A DNA stretch of 64,000 nucleotides, from assembly GCF_021028975.2 (NCBI RefSeq), contig NC_059433.1:80600001-80664000 (forward strand), written 5' to 3'. Both the position numbers and the translations under genes were made by a program. Each line of letters begins with the position of its first letter. The stretch's first letter is position 1. Origin of the DNA: Sphaerodactylus townsendi (Eukaryota). The notes under the pieces were generated by a model. That model was not told the DNA's origin, searched no databases, and was given only the letters and a program-made list of their open reading frames with translations. Positions 25,831 to 39,905 of this stretch are shown here, piece by piece.

Positions 25831-26727
25831 GTATGAGACACAAGGGCCTCAAACATGCTTCAGTTAATTCTGTGCGCTAAAATCTTTCACCGCTCATTCT
25901 CCATTCATATAGTAAGATGTTTAACCAAAAAAAAAAAAAATCTCGAAACTATATTTAACTCTGCTGAGATTAAAAAGTATCACATACAGAAAGGGAAAAT
26001 ACCAGCTGGCTATTAATGTGTCATATTTCCATCTGTCTGTATATTTTGCATCCTTCTGCTTGTTGTTTGCATTTTTGTAGAAGAGATAAGTATTAACAAT
26101 AAATTTAAAATGGTATCTTTAGAAAATCTAAGAAATAATTCCAGACTGGGCGGCGGGGAGGGGTGTTCTAAAGAAGAAGAAAAAACAGTTAATCTGCTCA
26201 ATTAATGTTCAGTCCAGCCTGTTGCTGAAATGAATCTTTCTATATCAGAGTGAGTATTTTGGTAGTTGTATCACATTCAACTGAATATGTAATTTTGCTA
26301 TTAATTATTAAGACATTTCACTTGATTTGCATTATTCCCCTTTTGTGAAGGATCACACATTTAAACAAATGCATGTCAACATTTCCCACTGTGATTCAGC
26401 CTTTGATAAGATTTGAACACCAATCTGACAAGCAGAACATACATTCATGAAATCATAGCTAATAAATGTAAATATCAACCAATCACAGCAAAATGGCTTG
26501 AACTCAGTATGTCATTTGAATAACGTATTACCATTCCAGTGTAATTTGCAAAGGGGTTGGCATGATAGCATTGCTTAGAATAACTAGAGTTTTAGTTTTC
26601 GTTTAAATTTCAGACGTTTGATGCAAAATCCTGTTTTAGGAATTAATTCCAAAACTATATCAATGTTACAAGCACCTATCTTGTAACAAACTAAGTTTGA
26701 AACGTTTGTGCCCGACAGTCCATCTAA

Positions 26728-26994
<267 letters not shown>

Positions 26995-27646
26995 TAATAA
27001 AAACTGTATTTTTTTTTTGAAGAGAACTGGTTATCTAATGTAGGGTTCCCCTGCCTTTTTTGAGCCTGCGAGCATCTTTGGAATTCTGACACAGTGCAGT
27101 GGCTATAGCCACAAAATGATTGCCACAAAATAGCTGGCACGTGGCTGGTGCAGCTTTCGGTCACACAGTGAAGATCATTTTGTAGTGGTGGCAGCTACTG
27201 CCAAAGCAACGTTGTGAAAATTATGCACAGCCAATCAGATCTTCAATGGCTAATTAGAAACTTTCCTAGGCAAAAATATATGTGGCATCAAAGAGTAACT
27301 TTGTGAGGACCTCCAAATAAACTTTCCCACAGAATAAACTTTCATAGGATCCTGAATAGGTTCTTCAGTTGAAAGAAGAAGTTCTTCAGATGAAAGTTTA
27401 ATTATCTCAGCCTAAACAAAATCCCAGCCACATTTGGTGCCGCTATGCTTATCACTGCAACACTGCTGAGCCAAGGACAGAAAAGCAGATTTAATTAGTG
27501 CTGCTGGTGAAATTCACAATTAGTGAGCTTACAAGTGCTAACCTGCGCAGAGTTGCATCTTACTAAGCTTGTTGTTTCCAAGGGATTTAGAAGGATATAA
27601 TTCGGTTTAGGATTACACTGTTATTTTGCATTTCAGTGGTACACAG

Positions 27647-27911
27647 TAGGTAAAGGTCATCCCCTGTGCAAATATCGGGTCATTTCTGGCCCATGGGGTG
27701 ATGTTACATCACAATGTTTGCTAGGGAGACTATGTTTGCCATTTCCTTCTCCAGCTGTCGACACTTTACCTCCAGTAAAGTACTCATTTTACTGACCTTG
27801 GAAGATTGAAAGGCTGAGTCAGCTGCCCGAAACTGGCTTCTGTTGGGATCGAACTAGGGTCATGAGCAGAGCTTTGACAGCAGCACTTCAGCTTATTCTG
27901 TGCCATGGGGC
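27647..27911 (-). mobile_element. Sauria SINE (Squam1), degraded
   Basis: ggtaaaggtcatcccctgtgcaa..tactcattttactgaccttggaagattgaaaggctgagtc..gggatcgaact. Confidence 0.8.
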
Positions 27912-27977
27912 GTTTGGCTCACAATACTTATTTTCAAGTATTGGCTCACAATACTTGCCTTCAAGAGCCTTTGACAA

Positions 27978-28285
27978 CCAGTGAGGTGTGGTGGTTAGGA
28001 ATAGATTCTAATCTGGAGAACCGGGTTTGATTCCCCACTCCTGCACATGAGCAATTGACTCTGGTGAACTGGATTCACTTCCCTGGTCCTACGCATGAAG
28101 CCTGCTGGATGACCTTGGGCTAGTTACAGTTCTCTCAGAACTTTCTCAGCCCCACTTACCTCACAAGGTGTCTGTAGTGGGGAGAGGAAGGGAAGGAGTT
28201 TGTAAACCACTTTGAGACTCCTTATAGTTGAAAAAAATGGAGTATAAATCCAAACTTTTCCTCCTCCTCTTCTTCCTCCTCCTTC
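27978..28285 (+). mobile_element. Squam3-type SINE
   Basis: gtggtggttag..ccgggtttgattcccc..gaccttgggctag..ataaatccaaac plus CT-rich tail. Confidence 0.8.
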
Positions 28286-30748
28286 AGTTCAAGGCAAACA
28301 TTATATTCTCAGCTGGATGAGAACTCATCTCTGCTTGCCTGCTTGCCTTCCTCCTCCTATGTTTCAGTGACTGAAGTTGAACCCTACTTTAAACTCATTG
28401 GGGGAGGGGGGAAGTCACCACATGAGCACCTGTCTAAGTCATGTATCCTACAGATTGTGTGAAATTTGAGCCTTAGTGGCTGAATCTGTACTGACGTATC
28501 TTTGTGCCATTTGTAAATTTGTAAAAGGAAGAGACAATCTGATTTAAGATCGTTTGACCTAAGAGAGATTTATAAGCCAAAACATTAGTTGCTCCTCATC
28601 AGTGCATATCACTCTTGTAATAAACCTCATAAATATGCATGAGCTGGAAAAATTGCATTGAACAAAATCAGTTTAATAATTGAAATGCTAGACATGACCA
28701 CTTTAAATTGTCATAGCAAATGCCTCAGAGTTCCCTTACTGATATCAGCCATCAGTCATTATGTCTGCTTCTGCTTTTACCAGTAATTATTTAAACTGTT
28801 TAAGTGACACTGACCTTTAGTTTATTCATGTAGTCCCTGACAGATTCTATCAGTTATATGCACTACAAAATGTAGTCCCTGTATTCATTACTCAGATAAG
28901 TTTCCCTCTGTGTATCCTCCAAGTCCTCATATTTGTATCTAATGAAATGAGCTCAAGTAGTTGATAATGTTTTTACAGGGGGATGATATATTGGCTGCTA
29001 ATGGTACTGATAAGACTTCTCATCCATCATTTCTTCAAGCCATTAAAATACCCACAGAATATCTGTATTTAGATGACAGCCTAATGTGATTATATTAGGG
29101 CGTCTAGTGTCTTGACCAAAAGTATCATTCATGTTTAGCATCAAGAGCCAGTGCAGTACCCTTCTGAATTCTTTCTATTTATGTCTGTCATTGCTATTGT
29201 ATTTATTTTGTGCTTGATACGAATGAGGCCTTTACTAGTTGGAGGAGTCGCTAAAGAGGATAACGAACTGGCTTCACTAATGCCAGTGATAAGAATTCCT
29301 TTCACTTCAGAAAAGTCTGGGTTGCTCATAAAAGCTTTTGGTGGGACTAAAAGAATGAGCTGCATTTTTAAGGTCTGGGTGCTCCATGCATCTCATAGGA
29401 TCTTGTTGACCCCCATTCATTTCCTACCACTTTTTAATCTCATTCTTACCCAGCCATAAATGTATATTACTGCTGGGTTCAAGGCAAAAGAACTCAGATC
29501 AAAATTTTGCCCGACCCACCATGCTAAGATAGGACTTCTTCGAAAAAAATCAGGCTTTTTGGTATTGCATTCAGGAATTATATTAAACCTGTGGCTCCCT
29601 TGGATTTATTTTTTTACAGTTGCATTGCTCAAGTTGTTCAGACCTGAAGGGCCTGGATTTTAAAGCCAATAGATTTTAAAGCCAATACCACTACTTTGTA
29701 GCGATATGGTGACTGGAGTATGTTCATTGCAAGACCATTTCTTCAAAAGTTTCCTCCCTTTGAGTTTATGGTAATAGCAAGTTAAAACAAAGATCCATAC
29801 ATTTTGGAGAGAGGTGAGAAGCAAATATTGCAGTGATTCATTAGGAAGTGGCTTCAAAGCTTTCTGCATTCTTCCTGAGCGATTTCCTCACTGTGGTTCA
29901 TATATGTAAACAAAAAGGAATGTCAGCAAAACACTTGATCTTCTATTCTTTTCTCCCTCGCTGTTAGTTTTCTAAATGAATCAATACACATTTGATCAAT
30001 CCAGCATCTCTTCCCTCCACAGAAAATTCATAGCTTCTTTCAAATATTTTGGTGGGGTACCAGACAGGAAGTTGCTTGACAAGCCTTTTTACCAAGTCTC
30101 TAGGCTCCCCACGTCTCTACTTATCCATGCCTTTGGCTGAATTGATAGGAGGCTCTGAGCCAGCCTTTTCCAGAACAGACAAACTTCTCTGTGTTCCAGA
30201 GTACCCTCCAGATAATTCAGTGAACATAGTGAACATCTGATCTGCCAGGTACATTTGTGTTTGGTGAGGTAGAAGTATCTGACCCACATGAATTTGGGCT
30301 AACCCAAAACAAATTAGGATAATTTTGAAATGCCTTATTTTGTATTCCCCATTTTTTCATCTTGGTATCCATGCTGATCTCAAGGTCTATAGACACTTGG
30401 TGAATGGATTGTGGTGAGTGGTTTTTGAGAGGAACCAAAGATATTTATAGAAGGCAGATGACAAATTTGGCTCTTCTGTAAATATACTGTGCACCAAACA
30501 CAGTAAGGTCTTTAACTAGTGTCTTTGGAGTACCTTGCTTGTACATAAATAATATTTTAAATTTTGAACAAACTAAATGTCTTTTTTGAAAAGACATGTG
30601 AATATTATCATATTTAAATTCTTTCTTATTGTTAGCACTTTAAGTGGAAGTATATGTTTTATTTCATTTTCCACATTTCAGAAAGAAGATTTGCTGCTGG
30701 GTTTTCTTTCTTCGAATCATCTTGAACTTAGGGATCGTATTATAATAG

Positions 30749-31012
<264 letters not shown>

Positions 31013-33312
31013 TAACAGCTCACATCTGAAAAGTTGTAAGCATCAAAAGATCATCACACTTGAAAAAAGTTTTCCTCAATTAACAGCTGTCACAATAAGA
31101 CTAGTTATATAGTTCTTTGAAATGATATTTTGTAGTATAAATATTTTCCCCCCATTGGGAGAATTCACTGTCAGAAATGCTTCTGATCAGTAATGTTCCT
31201 GTTATCTCTGAGAATATGTCAAGGTGATGTATTACACCTCATAGAAACAAGCAATATTTTACAGTCTAAGTTATGTGAAAGTTAAATGATTTTTTATGCC
31301 CCAGACAATGGGCTCGATCTAACATCTCTTGCATGAGAGAAAAGGTACTTCATCTTGTGTGTGTGGGAAAGGGGGGGGGAGGAAATTCCACAGGTTCCCC
31401 CTGCTTCTTCAACCCTCAGTACTGCACGCCACTCCATTCCTGTTTAGAAGTTCTTCATGACTATTAGGGCCCTTCTGGCTCCTTCTAATTTGAATGAGGC
31501 ACAAGACAGGACTGACTGTGGCTATCAATAGGCCCACCTCTGGGGTTGGTTGTTTTAAGACACATAAAGGCTCTTTATTTCTCTCATGCAGAGATTTGTA
31601 ATATGCTGTCAAACTAGCCGGTCACTTTGGGACAAAGCATGAATTGTTGGTCATTTTTTACCTTCTTGGTGTTAAGTAGCATCAGCTAACCCTTAGTTGT
31701 TTGTGTGGCCTATTGGCAGAGGGCATGAGGCTCAGCACCTCTCAACACAGTTCAAATGTGGGCAAGGATAAATAATGCCAGCAGAATTTTCTGGCTTTTG
31801 GAGCAGAGGCAGAGCGAGGGAGAAATGCATCTGGGACACGTGTGCTCCCTGCGCCCCTGCCATGCCCCCGCTGTCCCCACAATGCACCGGAACACACCCC
31901 GCTCCCTTGCCATGCCCACACGGGGCACAAACCTGGTGCATCACACACACACACACCCTGCCCTCTTGGCGCTACGCTACTGTTTTGGAGCCAGGCAGTG
32001 TTGCTGAAGTAACATTAGCCATTGAGATCCCCATTGCATCCCACCCTTAAATATACTAATAGCTTATTATGTAGGTATGCCATTTTTCCCAGCGGAACAG
32101 TGGAGTGCTGCCAGAGTAAGCAGAAACACTGAATTCAGTGAGAGGAACTCACACACTACATAGGATCCAAACTCTTGTTTTTGAATGTCACAGGCAACAA
32201 GACTACGATGGAGTTTTGCCTGAGCCTTAGTGGCTTGGCACACAGATGAATATGTAGCAAAGATAAGTAAAACAATAGCTTTCAAGTAAAGCAGTAGTAT
32301 GCAGCAAATAGGACAGTAATTCTAGGTATGTCTGTGATAAAATACAGCAGCAATTTACTTGAGGCTCACCAATAAATATGTTTTACTTTTATAATCTTAG
32401 TGTCTGATTCAAATTTCTCCCGTGTGGCTAGTCTAAGAAAAAGTACCCAGGAGCAGAGAAAGCTGTGCAGTTGTTTCTGAAGGGAGGTAAAAATGCAAAG
32501 GAAAGATGGGAGAGAAAGTTTGGAGAGGAAGCAGCCAAGTGAAGAACTGGGAAGCCACTGAACTGTAGGGCCAGCCAGCTGAAGGCAGAAAAGGATACTG
32601 GAGCTAATAAGTGACAGGTGATAGGTTATTGAGGTAAGGGTTGGAGAAGGGAGAAGAAATTATGCCATATTCTGTCTGCCTTGGATAAGGGGTCTTCTTG
32701 TCTTTTGTCAGTGTGGAATAAGGTTCAGGGATGGAAACTAATTTAAACCAGTGGAGCTCAGAGAGTGCTTTTTCAACCTGAGTGTTAGCAAGTTGCACTG
32801 AGGTGCCTGGACCCCTGCAGGATATTGATATGCTAGAATCCCTCGTGTGGTGGACCACTGCTGATTTTGGACAGGTTCTGGCTTTTCTGGGGCAACTGTC
32901 CAGCCTTGGGGATGGTATGGTCCAATCCTCCTTGTTTAGGTTTTTGATCAGCTTATTAGACAATTGCAAGGGATATTTCTGGTTGGTCTAGTGTGTCAAG
33001 TTATTGCCCTGCAAACATCAGTCATGTATGAGGGTTATGCCAGAGCTCCCATGTATATGAAATGCCTGCAAGTCAAATTAAAATTTTCCAGTTTGATGGT
33101 AAAGATCGGTTCTCCCTACATCTGTAGCTGTGCAAGATCTAAAGATCTGTGAGAATCTGAAAGCACAGCTAGGGGGTACTCTTGGGTGAACAGTCGGAAT
33201 AGATGATACTAGGATAAAGAACCAATGGCTTGAGTAAAAAGTAGTTTAATTTTTAATATTTAGATAACCAGTTCCCCTATTGTGTGGTAACTTTTGCAAA
33301 GTGGGATCTTCA

Positions 33313-33448
33313 CAGTGGTGGGATTCAGCAGGTTCACACCACTTTGGCAGAACCGGTTGTTAAAATTGTGCTTGTAAATAACCAGTTCTTAAATTATTTT
33401 AATCCCACCATCGGAACCAGTTGGTAAGTCATTTAAATCCCACCACTG
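33313..33448. mobile_element. hAT MITE (cagtggtgggatt family)
   Basis: TIRs cagtggtgggatt / aatcccaccactg; TSD gatcttca/gatcccca. Confidence 0.8.
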
Positions 33449-34221
33449 GATCCCCATGTAACTTTGCACAATCTTGAGCAGCATTATGCCTTTCCAAGCT
33501 GAGACTGAAAAGAATATAACTCTGTTTAGGACTACACTGTAAGTTGTTGTACGAGTTGACATCCTCTTCCCCTCACCCCCCACATCAACACTTTTTTAAT
33601 GCCCATTATCAACCAGCTGGTAGTTCAGAAAGCAATCTGTTCACCCTTGATATATAAACACAATAATTTTCTTATTGGATCAGTGAGAACCTGCATCTAG
33701 CCCCGTTACAGATCTACAACAGTGGCTGATACCAGATGCTTTAGAGGAAGGTGAGAGCAATGTTGTAGCGGAAAATCACGAGATACATTCTACTCCCTAA
33801 TAATTTTGTTTAATGCTCCTATTAGCCAGTGTCTGGTTTATGGAGCATGAGGTTGTTAGCACTGTATTTGTAAATAATGTCACTAAAATTAACCTATTAA
33901 CCTTCTGCTTGGAGGGTTTATCAACAGCTAGGAAGTAGAGAAATAATGTTCAAAAAACATGTAATGTGGCCATTACGTGCCGTGATGTAAAACACTATCC
34001 TTCAAAGCTACTTCAAAGAAGAATCGAAAAGGTTGTCAATGCATCTGTCTGTGGACTCTATTCATTTTGGCATGTGAAGTTTAAGAATAGCAAAATATGG
34101 TTTGGCTGTGTAAACTGCCAAACAGGGAAGGTTCCACACTGGTTAATCACATTTTGCAGACATATTCTCATTCTCTCTTTGAAGATCTCAGAGAAGTTAA
34201 TAGTATTTATTTTAAAAGAAT

Positions 34222-34222
34222 C

Positions 34223-34277
<55 letters not shown>
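34222..34277. repeat. (CAGA)n microsatellite
   Basis: Directly visible. Confidence 0.98.
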
Positions 34278-35293
34278 TGGAAGGAAGGATAAAGCCAAAC
34301 ATAAACTAATTACAGTTTACCCACTGCTGTGACATCAAGTTCTGTTCTTTTACAGAAGACACATGCTTAGTTCAACCCATTTTCCTACATAAACATTAAG
34401 ATACAGAAAAATCAAACCTTCTAACAAGTAGGCTAGCTTTAACTGGTAGTAATATTTGTATTTTTTGTTGCCATCTGAAAAAAGTAGAACCCGCCCCCTC
34501 TAAAATAATGTTCTTTCAGAAAACAACAGTGCCATGGGAAAGGAAAATGGCACCTGGGGCAAAAGGGTGCCCCCCCATGCCCCCAAACAATCCTCACTTA
34601 CCTTTTTAAAGTTGAAAGAGCAGCCTGCTTCGGTCTGTGAAGGCTGCTCCAGGCTGCAGAGGCTATTCTGGGCTGCGGAGGCTTCCTGAAGGGAGGGGTG
34701 GGGTGGGGTAGCAATTCTTCAGAGGTGTATCTAGGGAAAATGTAGCCTGGTGCAAAATCTGAGTTTTCTGTGCCCCCCCCCCCCCCACTATGACCAAGCC
34801 ACTTTTTTTGCACCAGGTCTTGAAGTCAGTGTATGGACCTGGGGGGAAGCAGGAGGAGTGTTGGGGGCAATTTTCCACCCGCACGGGACTAAATGGATGC
34901 AGCCTGGGGATATTTGACCCTGGGGAAATTGACGCCCCCATCTTTATCTCTTCTATACGTCTTTACATGCAAAATGAAAAACATCCACTTGCAGTTATTA
35001 CAATTGGGCAAAAAGGGATAATGGGATGGATCCCATCAGTTTTCCACTGGTGAATAAGTAAGGAGAAGGGCCCCTATGACTACCAATTTTTTTTGTTCTG
35101 GCTGGGATCATGGGACCAGCATGGGCAAAAGCCATATGTGAGACATAGGGATTAGATGGGATTGAGCAAAAAGGGTTGCCAGATCCAATCTATTGACCTG
35201 GGTACAATCTGGAACTTATTTAAATGTCCTTCAGTCCCAGCAAAACCCATAACATACAGTCCTTTATGAATGTGAAGCAAAACAATTGTATAA

Positions 35294-35575
<282 letters not shown>

Positions 35576-35756
35576 TAAAAAACAAACAAACAAACAGCCT
35601 GTCAGGTTCCTGGAATCTCAGTAGTTTCATAAGTAAGCAGTACCATAAACTGGTGTCTGCAGAAAACTGATTTGATTACCATCTGCTACTATAAATACTG
35701 TGAGTGCAGTATTGCATTACATTTTCAGCATTAGTCTATTATGATATATCCACTAC

Positions 35757-35903
35757 CAGGGGTGTCAAACTCGCAGCCCTCCAGATGTTCATGAACTACA
35801 GTTCCCATCAGTCCCTTCCCACATGAGCATTGTCTATACTGGCAAGGGCTGATGGGAATTGTAGTTCATGAACATCTGGAGGGCCATGAGTTTGACACCT
35901 GTG
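35757..35903. mobile_element. Palindromic hAT MITE
   Basis: caggggtgtcaaactc...gagtttgacacctgtg hairpin; core shared with the 15995 element. Confidence 0.8.
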
Positions 35904-36530
35904 AACTAGACCCTTTCTTCCTGTCCCTCTGCTCTTCAAATTTCTCTTTGATCAAAACAGAATTGTTTGAAACAATGGGTGTTTGGCTTTCAGAGAGAAA
36001 ATGGATGAAGAGGAATTAAGACAATTCCTTTTTACAAATTTCATGTATTCTCTCAAAATAAAGACAAGAGTTCCCTACCCCCATAAAAAGAGGGAGTCAT
36101 CTTAAATTCACATATCTGTTACAGTTATGTCCAATAATAAACATCTTTTGGGGTATAACATTTGAGAGCAGGGACTTTTCTTGGATGTCTAGAAAGGTTA
36201 GCCTTTTCTGTACATAAGATTCTGGATTTTAAGTAGCCACACATTTGGCCACATTGAAAATTAGATGTTTTGATAATTGTGTTTAGGGTAACACTGATAG
36301 TCACTTCATGAAGTGGTGAATGTTTGAACTTTTTTATTTCTGTTGATCACACAGAAATGATGACTATGGATAACAAGACCAAATGATACCAAATGTTATC
36401 ATAAATGCTTTCTCACTGAATGAATATGATAGCTAAATGCAGAATAGTAGCCGTTGTAGCAAATCAGGCGGAAACAGTACAGTTTATCTTGACAAAGACT
36501 ATTTCCCCATCAATAGCAGCTTCATTTTAA

Positions 36531-36836
<306 letters not shown>

Positions 36837-37570
36837 TAACTTAGAAGCATTTCAGAGACGGCATTCTGTAAAATAAAGAACTGTGTTTCAACTTTGTTCC
36901 TACTTGCTGTGGTTCTTGTCTAGTACATAAAGAACAAAAAAGCAATCAGTGGATAGTTTTATGATTATCACTTTAAGACTGTTTTTTAAGCTGTTGTTAT
37001 GTCCTGGCTTGCTTTTATGGCTGTTTATTATTGAAATGTTATGCTTCTTAAAAGTATTTTGATCATTTTATTTTACTTTGTGACCTGCCCTAAGCAGGTC
37101 AATGGAGATACAGTATATAAATTTTCTGAAGAAGCAAACGAATTGGGAATCTGTTGCCCTGATGTGTATTCCTGTCTTAGACTGTGCTTATCAGTTCATC
37201 TAGAATGAATAGAGTCATGCAGCCTGTGAAACAGAAGTGGAGTCCTGCAAAGATAATGATCAAATATAGAGACTCTGTAAAATAACTTGAATTCAGTGTT
37301 TAGTTTGGAACTACCTGTGCCAGATTGTAACTATGGGATGCAGCTGGTGATCAGTGAATCAGTGTTGAGATTGCTATGTGGTTACATTGTCAAATATAGA
37401 TGGGGGAAATTGCTCATGGCATGAGTTATCTTATAATATTATAAACTGAACTAGAACAACTTGTTCTGGTTATTTCAGTTAGCCAAAAAAAAATTACTAG
37501 GGGGTAAAAATAGAGAAATGAAAGCCCAGGGGGGAAAAAACCCTGGAAATTTCAGGGGGGAAAAACTGTT

Positions 37571-38140
37571 TGTTCAGGGTCAGTGACTCCAGTCCTGTAC
37601 TGACTCCAGAGGACTGCAATACTCATCAAAGAAGTGCTGCATCAGCCAACCCTGAGGCTGAGGAAGTAATCTGCCAGGTCACAACCCTTGACTGAGTCTA
37701 CTCAGGAGTCAGCCAGATTCAAGGAGTCCAGCTGATTCTCAGCATGATGCTAATTAGCAGACACCAACTTGCTCGGTTCCTACCAGAGATGCCTGACACT
37801 AAGAGCAGGAAGTAGTGCCCTTCTTAGATGAGGTTGGGTGGGGGCAGCCAGATTTTTAAAGAAGTCCAGGGGAAAAAGCCCTTAGCTCACCAACCAAAAG
37901 TAAGAATCTTTTGTCCAAGGGGCCTGTCCGTCCTCAGAACTTGGTTGGGGAGGGAGGACTGGCTGAGCCCAGGGTTGACCCCCCTTTTGGGGAGGAAGAG
38001 CCAGGCCCATTTTCTCACTGGGGTTTCCTCCACCTCAACTTGTGTTTAACTATCATCTAATCAAGAACTCTGCTTGCATTGTTGAAACTATTGACACTGC
38101 AATTGTAGGCCTACTGCTCTTAGAACCTAATTTGGTGGAA
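37571..38140 (+). mobile_element. Possible solo LTR (Gypsy-like), degraded
   Basis: Starts tgt; GC-richer block with a TATA-like tttttaaa motif; no clear TSD found. Confidence 0.3.
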
Positions 38141-39459
38141 GATAGTTCATGAGACAAGGAAGGAAAAAGAGAAGACACACAGATTTGGAGAGCCTGATTT
38201 GGAGAGGAGGGCAGAGTTTGGCTGGTGTTAAGAGACTTTCAGCTGGCACTTCTGTGCACAGTCATCTTTGTTCAAAAGTTGAGAACTCATTCTTTGTGAC
38301 AGTTTCCAACTCTTAAATCAAAATCTTACAAGGTCAGAAGACCTATGCAAACACACCCTTGACATAAAGAAAATACAGAGAATTTGCAAGTGCATTTCAG
38401 TGCAGTAATCTTCAGTGCAATAAGGTTGTTCGTTTGTTTTGTATTTATAAACAAGGCAACCCAACAGGAATACAGTATGCAGAACTAATATACCTTTAAG
38501 CAGTAAAGAATGACAGGCTACTATTTAGAGGCATGCAGTCATGGAGTGGCCATGATAACCAAATCCTGACATTCTTCCATCATGTGACTTCAAGTATCTT
38601 CCTAATTAATAGGGCTGGTTTTAAGTGAGTGATTTCTAAAGAGTTGCTTCAGGATCTTGCTTGCATCCTGATGACATAGGATAGGCCATCTGGAAGGGCA
38701 TGTTATAAATTGAATGAAATAAACAAATAGATAAGAAATTCAGCTACTGATTCAAAAGTGTGTATTGAAAAGTTGGGGGGGGGGAGATCTCATGTTTCTT
38801 TTTCTTCTACCTAAATGTTTTGCAGCTTTGACAAATTAGTTAGTTAGTAGCAGCTGGCTAATTGGAATTGTAGCAATCATATTTTGAGATTCATTGGCTT
38901 CCAAACTATATTAATGTCCTTGTAGGTGCTTTGCAGTCCTTTGATCACCCACTTTTCAGCAGAAATGGGTATGAGCTGCCAATATGAATTTTTAAAACAA
39001 ACTGCCGCAGAACTACACAGTTAATATCTGTCATTTTAACAATCACTTGCTGACAAGAACATCCATAAAAATGCAGATAATGACCCCCCCCCATTTTTTT
39101 TTTAAAAAAAGGTTGCTTAAAGAATTATGTAGCCTGACTCTGCTTCCTCCTATTTCATTTGAAATTACTCATTTTTACTGACTGCATTAATAGTGGAATA
39201 ATGGAAAAGGGTATTTGTGGCCAATTATTGGGGAAAGGGAGAAGCAAAAGAAACCAGCGCATTTTTCAGTGTTTTCTGAAACTCTATTTTTCCCCTGAAG
39301 AAAAATTAAGCTTTTGCCAGCAAGCCATGCAATCACTCATTCACAAACATCTTGAGAACTATATTGTAGTTCAGCAACGGTTCAACTCTCAAGTTCAGTG
39401 TTTCCAAAACTCATTGTCCATGGCCCGGTTATTTTAATACCTCTCTTTTGTGACCCACT

Positions 39460-39905
39460 AAATTTTATGGCCTGTTTATTAGTAAAATAAAACAAATTTG
39501 AATGTCACCCTGCCATGTGTCTGCCCGTGCTAAGTCGACAGGGGCGAGCCCAGTTCTGCAGCGGGCTTCATCTGCACACCGCAGCGTCAGGGAGGCTCCC
39601 CAAGGTGCCGCCTCCACCCCCACATCCCTCACGGTACCAGCGTCTGCTGCGAGCTGTGGCTCCATCCCCGGCCCCTTTCTGGGTGGTCGGCTGGCTGGGG
39701 AGGAGCGTCGAAGCTGCTATATAGTCCTGGCTGGTTTGGCTCCAGGTGGGTGGTGCCCTCCGAGAATGGATGGGGGTGTTCGGCCCCAGCCCTGGACATT
39801 CGGTGACCTAGCCTTTTGCTTTCATGACCCAGTGTCGGGTGACAACTTACCATTTGGGAAATGCTGCTCTAGTTGAAAAGAATTTGTTCCGGTGGGTGGG
39901 ACTAT
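39460..39905 (-). mobile_element. Possible DIRS/Ngaro-like terminal repeat fragment
   Basis: Minus-strand aataaacaggccataaaattt end, GC-rich body and tatata motif; architecture like 11755-12470. Confidence 0.35.

Noticed and set aside
29140-30440. Possible decayed retroelement coding region with several short ORFs
   Set aside because: No RT, integrase or recombinase motif could be identified confidently.
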